Positions 29,999-40,081 of a DNA stretch of 64,000 bases are shown in pieces. The notes under the pieces were generated by a model that worked only from the letters and a program-made list of their open reading frames with translations, was not told the origin of the DNA and did no database searches. The position numbers were made by a program, and so were the translations under genes. Source of the stretch: Minisyncoccota bacterium. GTDB lineage: Bacteria; Patescibacteriota; Minisyncoccia; Phycocordibacterales; UBA6065. Each line of letters begins with the position of its first letter. Positions within the stretch are counted from its first letter, which is position 1. The DNA lies in NCBI GenBank assembly GCA_041661645.1, contig JBAZUA010000001.1, forward strand, positions 192,189 to 256,188, written 5' to 3'.

Positions 29999-30016
29999 CA
30001 ATTCAATGAAACGCCC

Positions 30017-31525
30017 ATGTCACTACAACTCAACAACCCCAAGCGTCCGCCAGTCGTCTCCGTCATGGGCCACATTGACCATGGCAAATCGACGCTGCTC
30101 GACTACATCCGCAAGTCCAACATCGTAGCCGGAGAGGCCGGAGGCATCACCCAGCGCATCAGCGCCTACGAGGTCGTGCGCGAGACCAAGGAGGGTCCCC
30201 AGAAGATCACGTTCATCGACACCCCCGGACACGAGGCGTTCGCGGGCATGCGCGAGCGCGGTGCCAACACCGCCGATATCGCCATTCTCGTCGTATCGGC
30301 AGAGGACGGCGTCAAGAAGCAAACCATCGAGGCCTACAAGCAGATCGTGGCTGCCAAGGTCCCCTTCATCGTGGCCATCACCAAAATCGACAAGGAGGCG
30401 GCAAACGTCGAGAAGGCAAAGATCTCCCTCGCCGAGAACGAGATATATCTCGAGGGCTACGGCGGAAACATTTCATACGTGCCGGTTTCGGCAAAGACGG
30501 GAGCGGGCATCGACGACCTGCTCGACCTCATACTCCTCACCGCGGAGGTCAGCGACCTCGAGGGCGATTACGAGACCTTGGCCACGGGCGTCGTCATAGA
30601 GGCCCATCGCGACCCCAAGAAAGGCATCTCGGCCACCCTCATCATCAAGAACGGATCATTGCGAACCGGCATGTTCGTCGCCGCAGGCACGGCCTTCTCC
30701 CCCGTCCGCATGCTCGAGGATTTCGCCGGAAAGAAAATCGACGAGGCCGCCTTCTCGAGCCCCATCCGCATCGTGGGCTGGAGCGAGGTTCCCGCCGTCG
30801 GCAGCACCTTCACCTGCTTCATGTCAAAGAAGTCCCTCGAGGCATACCTCGAGCGCCTGGCCGAGGAAAAGGCCCAGCCGGTGTTCGCCGCGCGAAAGAC
30901 GGATGATCCCAACGCCTCAAAGAAGATGCTCCCCATCATCATCAAGGCCGATGTGGCAGGATCGGTCGAGGCAATCGAGCACGAGATAAGGAAGATACAG
31001 AGCGATCGAGTCGCGGTGAAGATCGTCTACGCATCCATCGGCGACATCACCGAGTCAGACATCAAGACCGCGGGAGGCGGCACCGAGACCCTCGTCGTCG
31101 GCTTCAACGTGAAGGCGGATGGTCAGGCCAAGGCCATGATCGAGCGCCTCGGCATCTCGTACGCCACCTTCGACATCATCTACAAGCTCATGGAATGGCT
31201 CGAGGAGAAGATCAAGGCGACCACGCCCAAGGTCAAGAGCGAGGAGATCATCGGCAAGGCAAAAATCCTCAAGTTCTTCAGCGCCACCAAGGACAAGCAG
31301 ATCGTCGGCGGCAAGGTCATCGAGAACGAGATACAGCTCGGCGCCAAGGTGAAGATCGTCCGCCGCGAGACCGTCATCGGCGAGGGCGTCATCCGCGAGC
31401 TCCAGCAGGCCAAGTCAAAGACCAGCACGGTCAAGGACGGCTTCGAGTTCGGCGCCATGATCGACGCCAAGATGGAGCTTGCCGCGGGCGACGTCATCGA
31501 GGCATTTACCATCGTCGAGAAATAA
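30017..31525 (+). CDS. infB: Translation initiation factor IF-2 (short form)
   Basis: [30 protein letters not shown]. Confidence 0.97.
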   Translation: MSLQLNNPKRPPVVSVMGHIDHGKSTLLDYIRKSNIVAGEAGGITQRISAYEVVRETKEGPQKITFIDTPGHEAFAGMRERGANTADIAILVVSAEDGVKKQTIEAYKQIVAAKVPFIVAITKIDKEAANVEKAKISLAENEIYLEGYGGNISYVPVSAKTGAGIDDLLDLILLTAEVSDLEGDYETLATGVVIEAHRDPKKGISATLIIKNGSLRTGMFVAAGTAFSPVRMLEDFAGKKIDEAAFSSPIRIVGWSEVPAVGSTFTCFMSKKSLEAYLERLAEEKAQPVFAARKTDDPNASKKMLPIIIKADVAGSVEAIEHEIRKIQSDRVAVKIVYASIGDITESDIKTAGGGTETLVVGFNVKADGQAKAMIERLGISYATFDIIYKLMEWLEEKIKATTPKVKSEEIIGKAKILKFFSATKDKQIVGGKVIENEIQLGAKVKIVRRETVIGEGVIRELQQAKSKTSTVKDGFEFGAMIDAKMELAAGDVIEAFTIVEK

Positions 31526-31546
31526 TCGCGCGCAGCCACCACACAC

Positions 31547-31873
31547 ATGTCATCATTCAAACAAGGCAGATTCGAAGAGATACTTCGCGACCTCGCGGCC
31601 CGCTTCCTCTCGCGCGAGTCTAACCGAACGTCACTCATCACCGTCACCAAGATAGAGACCAATGACCAAGCGTCGACTGCCACGATCTTCTTCACCGTGC
31701 TCCCCGAGAGCCAGGAGGCGGCCGCCCTCGACTTCGTGAAGAGGCAACGCGGTAACTTCCGCGAGTTCGTAAAGGATAACGCCCGCCTGATGCGCATTCC
31801 CTTCTTCGACTTCGAGGTGGACCGCGGCGAGAAGAGCCGCCAGAAAATTGACGCGCTCACCAATGGGAACTAA
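31547..31873 (+). CDS. rbfA: Ribosome-binding factor A
   Basis: Follows infB; ITVT..., MRIP...F..D. Confidence 0.85.
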   Translation: MSSFKQGRFEEILRDLAARFLSRESNRTSLITVTKIETNDQASTATIFFTVLPESQEAAALDFVKRQRGNFREFVKDNARLMRIPFFDFEVDRGEKSRQKIDALTNGN

Positions 31874-31908
31874 GATAGTCAGGGGCGCGGCGGGCGCCTA
31901 GTTAGTAC

Positions 31909-31980
31909 GGCCACGTAGAAAAGTGGTAATTCGGAGATCTGCAAAATCTCTATGCGCGAGTTCGATTCTCGCCGTGGCCT
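31909..31980 (+). tRNA. tRNA-Cys(GCA)
   Basis: GGCCACG/CGTGGCC, loop CTGCAAA, U discriminator. Confidence 0.95.
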
Positions 31981-32004
31981 CAAGGACGTTTCTTCGATAC
32001 AAGG

Positions 32005-32088
32005 TGGGTCAGGTGGGGGTCGAACCCACATCCGCTTTCGCGGACACCATTTTAAGTGGTGCGCGTATACCAGTTCCGCCACTAACCC
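32005..32088 (-). tRNA. tRNA-Leu(TAA)
   Basis: GGGTTAG/CTGACCC, loop CTTAAAA, variable arm. Confidence 0.95.
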
Positions 32089-32221
32089 GATACCGAGAAG
32101 ATTATCACCTCGCACGCCTTTAGACCAACCTCGGTGGGAGCAAGACTTATATCGCAGATAAAAACTGGAAAAAAAGACAGATATGCGTTAAGATGGCTTT
32201 CGTCCCCAGACAGCGCAATAT

Positions 32222-32294
32222 CCTCCCTTAGCTCAGTTGGTAGAGCTGCTCCCTCTTAAGGAGAAGGTCGTAGGTTCGATTCCTACAGGGAGGA
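32222..32294 (+). tRNA. tRNA-Lys(CTT)
   Basis: CCTCCCT/AGGGAGG, loop CTCTTAA. Confidence 0.95.
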
Positions 32295-32413
32295 CAAACG
32301 AACGAAAGGCCGAAATGAGAAAACTCATTCCGGCCTTTCTGATACACAGAAGAGGGTGTCAAAATATTATTTGACAAAATCTTAAAAAAATGGAGTATTC
32401 GAAGAAGAACCAT

Positions 32414-32695
32414 ATGCAACTTACATCCTACAGACTCTCTGGTTACGAAGGCTATTTCGTAAAAGGAGACGGGAGCACCCATGTGTGCGACAACTCTTGT
32501 TATCAACTGGAATTCAAGGCAAAAGGTGACGCCTCTGCGATAAGGCGCTCACTGGCCAGGGTCCGAACATTCGCAAGGACCTTCGAAGGGGCCGATTGGT
32601 ATAAGTTCGAGGTCGCCCTCCATCGCAAGGACAGCAAAGACGAGAGTCCGCTGCTCAAAGCCTCGGTAATCAAGAATTTGAAGAGGAAACCCTGA
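32414..32695 (+). CDS. Hypothetical protein between tRNAs
   Basis: ORF with an upstream TTGACA promoter and a downstream hairpin. Confidence 0.55.
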   Translation: MQLTSYRLSGYEGYFVKGDGSTHVCDNSCYQLEFKAKGDASAIRRSLARVRTFARTFEGADWYKFEVALHRKDSKDESPLLKASVIKNLKRKP

Positions 32696-32799
32696 TCCCG
32701 TCAAAATACGACAACGCCCTCCAAGCCGGCTTTCCAAAAAGAACGCCGGCTTTTTATTGTCTTGACCCACCCCTCGATGTCATCTACTATGTCCCTAAC

Positions 32800-32880
32800 G
32801 CGCGAGTGGTGAAATGGCAGACACACCTGCCTTAGGAGCAGGCGCCGCAAGGCATGGAGGTTCAAGTCCTCTCTCGCGCA
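32800..32880 (+). tRNA. tRNA-Leu(TAG)
   Basis: GCGCGAG/CTCGCGC, loop CTTAGGA. Confidence 0.95.
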
Positions 32881-32933
32881 CAGCAAGGACGACAAGATTG
32901 ACTTTTTCTATTTTAAATGATATTGTTTTGGAG

Positions 32934-33362
32934 ATGAAAAAAGCTCCTTGTCTCAAACCCCTTGTCCTCATCGTCGAGGACACCAGGGACATTGCGATAC
33001 TGTATCGCCACATGCTCAGCGCGCTCGGCATCAACACGGTAGCCAGCGCAGAAACGATAGCGGAGGCAAAAGCCAATGTCGCCAAAATCGACTTTGACAT
33101 AATCCTCTCCGACAACAGCCTGCCTGATGGCAAGGGTCTCGATTTCCTTAACAAGATGGCGCTTCGCCACCCGGGAACCTATCGATGCCTCATAACGACA
33201 GATCTCGATCTGACGGCCGGCGACAAGCTCAGGCACAACTTCAAGGCGAAGCCCCTTAAGTTGAGCGAAATGGAGGGTATAATCGAGGCCGCAAAGAAGC
33301 ATGCCGAGGAACATGCGGCGGCGAGACAGGCCGCAAGGCGGTCCGCAAGAAAGACTCACTGA
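32934..33362 (+). CDS. Stand-alone response regulator receiver
   Basis: VLIVED, ILSDNSLPDG.GLDF, KP motif. Confidence 0.85.
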   Translation: MKKAPCLKPLVLIVEDTRDIAILYRHMLSALGINTVASAETIAEAKANVAKIDFDIILSDNSLPDGKGLDFLNKMALRHPGTYRCLITTDLDLTAGDKLRHNFKAKPLKLSEMEGIIEAAKKHAEEHAAARQAARRSARKTH

Positions 33363-33627
33363 TGGCCTTCGAAGGCCTCGGGTTCAACTTCGTTGAACCC
33401 GAGGCCTTTTTTCTTGCCCCTTCACCAGCCCAAAAACGGCCCGCCAAAGCCCTCTTTTCACAATCCCCCACACTTGACTTTTGACCTATAAAGTGCTATT
33501 ATATACAGGTAGATGCACGGGGACGCGCAGGTGCGCATAAACCCCTTTGACAGACAAAAACTTTCAAGGAGAGGCCTAATTCCTCCCGAGAAAACTTCAA
33601 CACCAACAATCAGACTGGAGTTAAACT

Positions 33628-34605
33628 ATGAGACTGCTAAAAAGTATTGAGTTATGGATAAACGCGGCGATATGGATCGTCGGGCTTGTCCTCATCGAAC
33701 TGGCCGTGGCGGCCTTTCTGGGAGCCTTCGAGTTCCCCTATCAATCGCTCGTGTCATCGGCCCTCGGGCTCATGGCGTGGGCGTTCATCGTATCATGGAG
33801 CGTGAATAGGACCCTGATATACGTGAACTTTCAGAAAGCGCGTATCGGGATGAACATGTTCAACGGCGAAACAAAAACACTGTTCGCGGGCTGGAACATG
33901 ATCTATGTCTGGGAAGAGCTCCAGGAGCAGGAATTCGACCTGGTGAAGCGCGAGCTGGTCGAGGAGCACGGGACAGAGACATACACGTCACTCGACAGCG
34001 TTGTGCTCTTCGCCAAATGGACCATGGTCATCTCGCCCGATCCGAAAAACCTCAAGGTGTTTGCCGGATTCGACTGGAAGACCATCGTTGCGCAATTCAG
34101 GGCACACACGAACCAGGTCCTGTCTGACGAGTGCGGCAGGCGACTGGCGTCGGACACAACGACGAACAAGGCTGTTCTGAGCGCGATCGTCGCAAAGGCC
34201 TTCGGGGGCGCAAAACAAAGCGACCTGGAACTCAAGTACGGGGTCACGGTAAGCGACCCCGAGCTGGCGGACATCGATCAGGACCCGGCGGTCCTGAAGG
34301 CAAAGCAGATTGGCGTCGACACCGAGGTGTTTGCGAATGCGGTCAAGAACCTCATGCAGATAGCCCGGGACAACAACGACAACAGCCTGACCCTGCAGGA
34401 GGCCAAGAACACGGTGCTGATGATCATGAAGACGCCCGGAGTCGAGTTCAAGCTCTACGACCTCAAGGTCAACGGGCTGGAGCAACTGCAGCACCTCGCC
34501 TGGGGAGGATTGCACGGAGTCGGCGGCGGAGGAAAAGGACAAAACCCGGGCGGCGGCAAAAAGCCCCGCGGCGGACAACAGCAGCAACAACAAGCCAAAC
34601 CCTGA
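33628..34605 (+). CDS. Membrane protein, SPFH/band-7-like, Gly/Gln tail
   Basis: Two TMs, then a beta-rich AGW..IY.WE segment and KYGV.V...LADID. Confidence 0.6.
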   Translation: MRLLKSIELWINAAIWIVGLVLIELAVAAFLGAFEFPYQSLVSSALGLMAWAFIVSWSVNRTLIYVNFQKARIGMNMFNGETKTLFAGWNMIYVWEELQEQEFDLVKRELVEEHGTETYTSLDSVVLFAKWTMVISPDPKNLKVFAGFDWKTIVAQFRAHTNQVLSDECGRRLASDTTTNKAVLSAIVAKAFGGAKQSDLELKYGVTVSDPELADIDQDPAVLKAKQIGVDTEVFANAVKNLMQIARDNNDNSLTLQEAKNTVLMIMKTPGVEFKLYDLKVNGLEQLQHLAWGGLHGVGGGGKGQNPGGGKKPRGGQQQQQQAKP

Positions 34606-34619
34606 AAGGAAACTAAATA

Positions 34620-35018
34620 GTGAAAAAACACAACATCGGAAAGTTCGTCATATGGGGCTGCGTCATCGTGGCCCTGATCATGACGCGCTGTGTCTACCAA
34701 GACACCAAGACCAAGAAGGCAATACAGGCACAGGTGACGATCGCCGACCGGCAGAGCGTCATCCCCAGCGACCATCCCGAAGGCGGGGTCTGGAGACAGG
34801 TAGAAGCCGGCACGTGGAGCACATGGGTGCCCACGCTCGGCAAGATGATCAGCATCGCACCGGGATCGGCGGAAGTCGAGTACGAGTGCCTGCTCGCGGA
34901 CGGAAAGATCGTTTCCAAGCAAGGCAAGCCCAACGGCAACCTTGATTGGACCGAACCCGTCGTCAGCGAGCGATTCAAGTCGAACGTAAACCTGCTCTAT
35001 CAGTCGAAAGATCGATAA
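34620..35018 (+). CDS. Membrane-anchored hypothetical protein
   Basis: N-terminal TM, GAAAGGA RBS, operonic with the upstream gene. Confidence 0.65.
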   Translation: MKKHNIGKFVIWGCVIVALIMTRCVYQDTKTKKAIQAQVTIADRQSVIPSDHPEGGVWRQVEAGTWSTWVPTLGKMISIAPGSAEVEYECLLADGKIVSKQGKPNGNLDWTEPVVSERFKSNVNLLYQSKDR

Positions 35019-35120
35019 GAAGGAAGCGTTCACATAGCAAAGAGCCCCTGCATTCATGCACGGGCTCTTTTTTCTTGCCTATTTTTTACCGGACGACATT
35101 AGCCAATCCAACCCGCTGAA

Positions 35121-35360
35121 CTAGACCCCCAGGGTTCCGGCGATGATCCTTATGATGCCCCACACCGAGATCATGATGAAGAGGCCGATGGTGCTGTAGA
35201 GGATGTGATTCGCCCCATCGGTCCTGGCCGTGCTCTCGCTCGAGTTACGCACATAGCTATACACCCCATAGACGAAATACGCGATGGCTACCGCAAAGAT
35301 AAGCTTGATCGCGGGATCAACCACGAACTCAAAAAAATCCTGGACTATTTGTGCATCCAT
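35121..35360 (-). CDS. TrbC/VirB2-like pilin
   Basis: Two TMs; IGLFIMISVWGII. Confidence 0.8.
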   Translation of the reverse strand: MDAQIVQDFFEFVVDPAIKLIFAVAIAYFVYGVYSYVRNSSESTARTDGANHILYSTIGLFIMISVWGIIRIIAGTLGV

Positions 35361-35374
35361 AGGGACGAGACTTG

Positions 35375-35743
35375 CTAGATGTTAGGGATCGAAGGAAGCT
35401 GCTTCTGGACGTTGTCCGCCCTGTTCTGGGTATCGAGACCGAAGGTGCTGACGAGGATGTTGACGAGTCCCCAGACCGAGATCATGACGAAGAGGCCGAT
35501 GATTCCGTAAATGATCTTGTCCTTTGCCGCCGCCTTTGCCTCCTCGCTTCCCGACATCACGTACTTTGCGATGCCGTAGATGAAGTACACGACCGCAGCC
35601 GCGATGATGAGGGGAAGAACGGTGTTAAGTATCTTGCTGATGAAACCGAATATGCTGAACACATCCGTTATCTTGGTGGTGCCCTGGGCCGCCGCCATGA
35701 ACGGAAGGGCGAACGATGCTGCGATAATGCCGATTTTTTTCAT
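35375..35743 (-). CDS. TrbC/VirB2-like pilin
   Basis: Signal peptide; AK..IIYGIIGLFVMISVWGLVN. Confidence 0.85.
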   Translation of the reverse strand: MKKIGIIAASFALPFMAAAQGTTKITDVFSIFGFISKILNTVLPLIIAAAVVYFIYGIAKYVMSGSEEAKAAAKDKIIYGIIGLFVMISVWGLVNILVSTFGLDTQNRADNVQKQLPSIPNI

Positions 35744-35850
35744 ACGTTTTTCTAAATTCCTTATAATCTGCTAATGCCGTTATGCCCCTTGATTATACCA
35801 ATAAAACCAGATATGGCATAGGGCATGGGGATAAGATTCCGTACCTGCCC

Positions 35851-36246
35851 CTAGTCTGGTATGAGGGTTGGTATGTCGACCGAGTCAGCATCCTGACTGA
35901 GTCTGAAGGTGTTGTCGAGGATGTTCACGAAACCCCAAATAGACATCATGACGAAGAGGCCTATGACGCCGTAATAGATGGTCTTCTTCCCCTCCTCCCT
36001 CTTCTCCTCGCTCGAGAGCATCTTGAAGGCGCCGATAACCACATAGACGACGGAGAGGGCGACAACGAGATATACGAAGTAGTCAAAGAATCCGATGATG
36101 CAGTTCACAAGATTCTCGGCCCCAAACTCGAGCTGCCCGCAGGCGCTTACGGAACCCGTGTTGGCATTGGCGGCCAGCACGGCAAATGGAGTGGCCATCA
36201 CCGCCAGCAGAGAAAGGACGACCGCGCCCATGAATGCTTTTTTCAT
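35851..36246 (-). CDS. TrbC/VirB2-like pilin
   Basis: EEGKK.IYYGVIGLFVMMSIWGFVN. Confidence 0.85.
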   Translation of the reverse strand: MKKAFMGAVVLSLLAVMATPFAVLAANANTGSVSACGQLEFGAENLVNCIIGFFDYFVYLVVALSVVYVVIGAFKMLSSEEKREEGKKTIYYGVIGLFVMMSIWGFVNILDNTFRLSQDADSVDIPTLIPD

Positions 36247-36248
36247 CG

Positions 36249-36728
36249 CTATATTGATGTGGTTACGAACTTGTTAATGACGGTCCTGACGACCTCGGTT
36301 ATGACATTCGCCCCGATGAGGAGAATCGCGCCGACGATCGTGTACTTGAACGTCTTCTTGGCATCCTCCAAAGCATCGGGCTTCCCCTGCGCTATGACAA
36401 ACTTGAATCCCGATATGATGAGGAAGAGTGCGATGACCGCATAGCTCAGGCTGTAGACGAAGTTGATGACGAGGTAGAAAAAGTCGGGAATGGTCTTCAC
36501 CTTGTCGCCGAGGGGATTCTCGAGCTTGACTGATGCCGAGGTGTCCTTCAGCGGAACCTTGGCCGGTGTCACTGGTGTCCCGCTGGTCTGGAGGGGCGTG
36601 CCCGTGGTCTGCAGGGGTGCCGAAGTCGTCTGAACGGGCGTTCCTGTGGTTTGGGTGTCAGCAGCCAGGGCGAGAACCGGCACGGCGACCGAGACAAGAA
36701 GGGCGAAGGCGATGATGTGATGCTTCAT
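36249..36728 (-). CDS. TrbC/VirB2-like pilin with QTTGTP repeats
   Basis: LENPL, SGFKFV.AQG....AK....TIVGA. Confidence 0.85.
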   Translation of the reverse strand: MKHHIIAFALLVSVAVPVLALAADTQTTGTPVQTTSAPLQTTGTPLQTSGTPVTPAKVPLKDTSASVKLENPLGDKVKTIPDFFYLVINFVYSLSYAVIALFLIISGFKFVIAQGKPDALEDAKKTFKYTIVGAILLIGANVITEVVRTVINKFVTTSI

Positions 36729-36733
36729 GTGAA

Positions 36734-37237
36734 TTATTTCTTAAAATAGCTATTCCAGATGCCCTGCTGATCGGTCTTTATCTGGCCGGCCAGAAGGTTG
36801 TCGAGCACCGTGTACACCAATATGAATGATATGAGAATCCATATCAGGCCGATGGCGACGTACCTGAACATGTGCTTCGCCTTCTCGAGCTTGGCTGGAT
36901 TGCCGTTCGACATGAGGTATAGAAACGCCGTGTACATGATGATGGCGAGCACGACGGGAATCGAGAGGTAGAGCAGGAACTTGATGATCCTGTTGGCCAT
37001 CTCGATGAGGGCGTTGAAGTCGCAGTCCCTGCCCGAGATCACATTGCCATCAGCATCCTTCTGGGCCACGCCCGTGCACGGTACAATCTGGAAATCAGCC
37101 TGTTTCGGATCGGCCGAGCCGCCCACCGCAGTCGCTGTCTCGGCAAAAGCGACGATCGGCACGGTGGTCGAGAGGGCCGATCCCGCCAGGACGAGGATAA
37201 AGAGGGACGCGAGGAAGGCTTTGTTTACATGTTTCAT
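36734..37237 (-). CDS. TrbC/VirB2-like pilin (Cys pair)
   Basis: IVPC...CDF..LI, YL.S.GNP.K..KAK. Confidence 0.8.
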   Translation of the reverse strand: MKHVNKAFLASLFILVLAGSALSTTVPIVAFAETATAVGGSADPKQADFQIVPCTGVAQKDADGNVISGRDCDFNALIEMANRIIKFLLYLSIPVVLAIIMYTAFLYLMSNGNPAKLEKAKHMFRYVAIGLIWILISFILVYTVLDNLLAGQIKTDQQGIWNSYFKK

Positions 37238-38520
37238 ATATTGGTTCTAAGAAGATTGTCTATTTCCGTGCTGGCGTCGCGGACGGCGTTGCTGGTTCGA
37301 GACCTGCCCGAAGTGACGCTCTCTATGAGCTTGGTAAAGGCGGCCGACGTGCCGCTCTCACTTGGATCAAGCCAGGCATGCGATATGAGGGCACTGTCAT
37401 AGAAGACTGACTTGTAGGCATTGCCCTGTGGCACGGCGATGAGGCTTCGGCGCACGGGCGGATAGCCGCTCGCGCCGACCCATTCGGTCTGAAGGGAATC
37501 TCCGGTGAGGGTCACCGCGGCGGTATAGGCGGCAAGGAGGTTCGGCGAGGACTTGAGCAGGGTCACGGCCTGCATGTTGCCAAAGGTCACCTTCCTGCCG
37601 GGAATCTGCGGTACGGGAGCGACGTCAAAGTTGAGGTTCGGGTTGGCCGCCCGGATGTCGGCGAGCTCGCTTGCAAAGCCGAAATAGACGGCGAGCCGAC
37701 CTGACAGGAACATTGCCCTATCGGAAGGAAGGGACCTATTCCAGGAATACGCCGGCTTAACCGGATTCGAGAACTCGGTGAAGAAATTGACCGCCTGCTC
37801 GCCAGGGACCAGACCATTGCCCTGATCAGAAAACACGCTGCGCAGAGATGCGTACTGGTCGCGGGAGACAATGGCGGTGCCTGCCTGAAGGGAGAGGAGG
37901 GAGATCATGTCCTTGGCATGCGTCACGTTGCTCGTGGCTCCGAAGGCGATAAGGGCCTGGCTTATGTTGCCTGACGCGTCCTTCTGGATTATCTTCGGCG
38001 CGAGCGAATAGAAGTCAGTCCACGACGATGGGGGCATGGGCACGTTGGCATTCGAAAATATGTTCCTGTTCCAGTACATGACGATTGGGTCAATGGAAAA
38101 CGGCAGGCCTATGATGCCGTCCGGCACGAGGTAAAGCTCCCCCTCCTCTATAAATGAGTCCTTGAAGGCCCTCTCCGAATAGGAGGTAAAGGGTATAGTG
38201 TAGAACTTGTCCTGCTGGCTCACGATGAGGTTCTGGGGCAAGAGAATCATGTCGGGACCCTTGCCGCGGGCGAGGGCCGCCACGAGATCAGCCTCAAAGG
38301 TGTCAGGGCTCTTTGCCACATAGCTTATGTTCATGGTGTCACGGTTCGCAAGGGCCGCCTTGGATAGAAAATTCGTGAATGTCTCGTTATCGATAGTCCC
38401 CCACATGGTCACCTGGACGGCACTATTCGAATTGCTGCTTTTCTGAACGGAAAAGAGAACCGCTGCGATAAGGGCCGCCATAACGAGAACTCCGGTCAGG
38501 ATGAGTTGGAAGCGAGTCAT
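37234..38520 (-). CDS. Extracellular solute-binding protein
   Basis: N-terminal TM, MWG, GPD, LPFSIDP.VMYWN, F.SGRLAVY.G. Confidence 0.88.
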   Translation of the reverse strand: MTRFQLILTGVLVMAALIAAVLFSVQKSSNSNSAVQVTMWGTIDNETFTNFLSKAALANRDTMNISYVAKSPDTFEADLVAALARGKGPDMILLPQNLIVSQQDKFYTIPFTSYSERAFKDSFIEEGELYLVPDGIIGLPFSIDPIVMYWNRNIFSNANVPMPPSSWTDFYSLAPKIIQKDASGNISQALIAFGATSNVTHAKDMISLLSLQAGTAIVSRDQYASLRSVFSDQGNGLVPGEQAVNFFTEFSNPVKPAYSWNRSLPSDRAMFLSGRLAVYFGFASELADIRAANPNLNFDVAPVPQIPGRKVTFGNMQAVTLLKSSPNLLAAYTAAVTLTGDSLQTEWVGASGYPPVRRSLIAVPQGNAYKSVFYDSALISHAWLDPSESGTSAAFTKLIESVTSGRSRTSNAVRDASTEIDNLLRTNI

Positions 38521-39047
38521 TATTGTTTTCGGGAAATTATACCATAATGCTGGGCGCCGGCGCTTATCTCCCTCTCAAAGACCAGGCCTGCCTCGGTCAA
38601 AAGCTTGATGGCGGCATCCTTGTACACGACATGCTCGGGATGCGGCCCCATATGGGAAAACGACGCGGACCAATCGATGAGCAGCACGCGACCCTTGTGC
38701 TTGAGGATGCGCTTTGCTTCCGAGAGAAAGGATTTCTTGTCCTCAATCATGAAAAGCACGTTCGAGACGATCACGACATCACAGGAACCCTCGCGGATCT
38801 TGGTGCCGCCGAGTCGTTCGAGGTCTCCCACGATGACGTCTATGTTGCGAACATGGAATCTCTGGGCCTCTTTCTTGAGCCGCTCGAGCATGTCCCTCTG
38901 GACGTCGACGGCATATACCTTGCCCATGGGGGCGACGGCCTTGGCTGCCTCAAGGGAATAGAATCCCGATCCTGAGCCGAGGTCGGCGACGATCATGCCG
39001 TCGGAGATGCCGAGCTGCTGTATATTGTGGCCAGGGTCGCTGAACAT
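38520..39047 (-). CDS. Class I SAM methyltransferase
   Basis: VADLGSGSG, YAVDVQ, LK..GRVLLIDW. Confidence 0.9.
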   Translation of the reverse strand: MFSDPGHNIQQLGISDGMIVADLGSGSGFYSLEAAKAVAPMGKVYAVDVQRDMLERLKKEAQRFHVRNIDVIVGDLERLGGTKIREGSCDVVIVSNVLFMIEDKKSFLSEAKRILKHKGRVLLIDWSASFSHMGPHPEHVVYKDAAIKLLTEAGLVFEREISAGAQHYGIISRKQ

Positions 39048-39114
39048 GCGTCTAGTATAGCAAATAAAAAGAGCCCAGGTTGTGCCTGGGCTCCTTGATA
39101 CCTAACAGCGGTCA

Positions 39115-39954
39115 TTATTGCTTCATGACCGCGACCACGATGGGCTGATCCTTGCAGTAGAACTGCACCCACTGAACCCGGTCGCTCGTGAACGGCAAGA
39201 CGATCTTGCCATCACGTATAACCGCGGCCAGGTCGGTCGTCTGACCGCCCCAATCGCTCCAGGAACCACGGTCTTGACTGAACTTGACCTTGATCCGAAG
39301 ACCTGGTGTCGCCGAGACCGCGACGCCAGCCATGAGCTGCTCTGTCGAGACCTCACAGGATTTCTTGCCAGCCGCGAACGGATGGCTGACAAACTTGCTC
39401 AGGTCAACAGCGTCTGTCTGAGGACTCGCGTCCCAGGTGCTCACCATGACCAAGGCAGGTTGGGCTGGCATGCGGGTTGGAGCGATCATCACGGATTTAG
39501 ACAGGGCGTCGAAATCCTTGCGAAGCTTTGCAACCTCGGCCTTGAGGGCATCGCCCTCTGCCTTCGCCTTGTCTAACTCGACCTTAAGGGCCGCGTTCTC
39601 CTTGTCCTTGTCGATGATTGCCTTCGCCAGGTTGGCGACGACCTCATTCTGAACCGACAGCGTCTCCTTCTGGGCTGCCTTTGCAGGCTCCACCTTGGAG
39701 ACGGCCGACGACGGCTTGTCCGGAACGATCACGATCGGAAGCGGCGCCGAAACGGGCTTGGCCTCCGACTTGGCCGCCGCCACCTTGGCACGAGCGGCCT
39801 GAACCTCCTTCACAATGGGACTCACCGCAGAAGAGACATACATGACCAGGACAGTGAGGATGACACCGAGGCTCACCCAGACGATCCGCGACTTCACCTT
39901 CGCCCGCGCCATAAGGCGTTGGGCTTCATTTTCCTTACCTTCGTTGTTTTCCAT
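39115..39954 (-). CDS. Membrane-anchored coiled-coil hypothetical protein
   Basis: TM, Ala/Lys coiled coil, beta-rich C-terminal domain; own promoter, RBS and terminator. Confidence 0.75.
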   Translation of the reverse strand: MENNEGKENEAQRLMARAKVKSRIVWVSLGVILTVLVMYVSSAVSPIVKEVQAARAKVAAAKSEAKPVSAPLPIVIVPDKPSSAVSKVEPAKAAQKETLSVQNEVVANLAKAIIDKDKENAALKVELDKAKAEGDALKAEVAKLRKDFDALSKSVMIAPTRMPAQPALVMVSTWDASPQTDAVDLSKFVSHPFAAGKKSCEVSTEQLMAGVAVSATPGLRIKVKFSQDRGSWSDWGGQTTDLAAVIRDGKIVLPFTSDRVQWVQFYCKDQPIVVAVMKQ

Positions 39955-40081
39955 AGGATAAATCCCCTTTCAATGAACAGTCGGGCACAGTTTTAGCGCC
40001 CGTAGTTGTTGAGAACTGTTCTTCCTAATTGTATCACAATACTGTTGAAAGTCAATAGCGATAGACTCCCAAGAAACGGCC

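Noticed and set aside
5672-32294. Anticodon-stem mismatches (Gln C27-U43, Trp A31-C39) as readthrough adaptations
   Set aside because: tRNA-Lys also has a 27-43 mismatch, so this looks like general tolerance; there is no direct link to the stops
35121-38520. Conjugative element or ICE
   Set aside because: No relaxase, VirB4, coupling protein or integrase; the cluster is embedded among core genes
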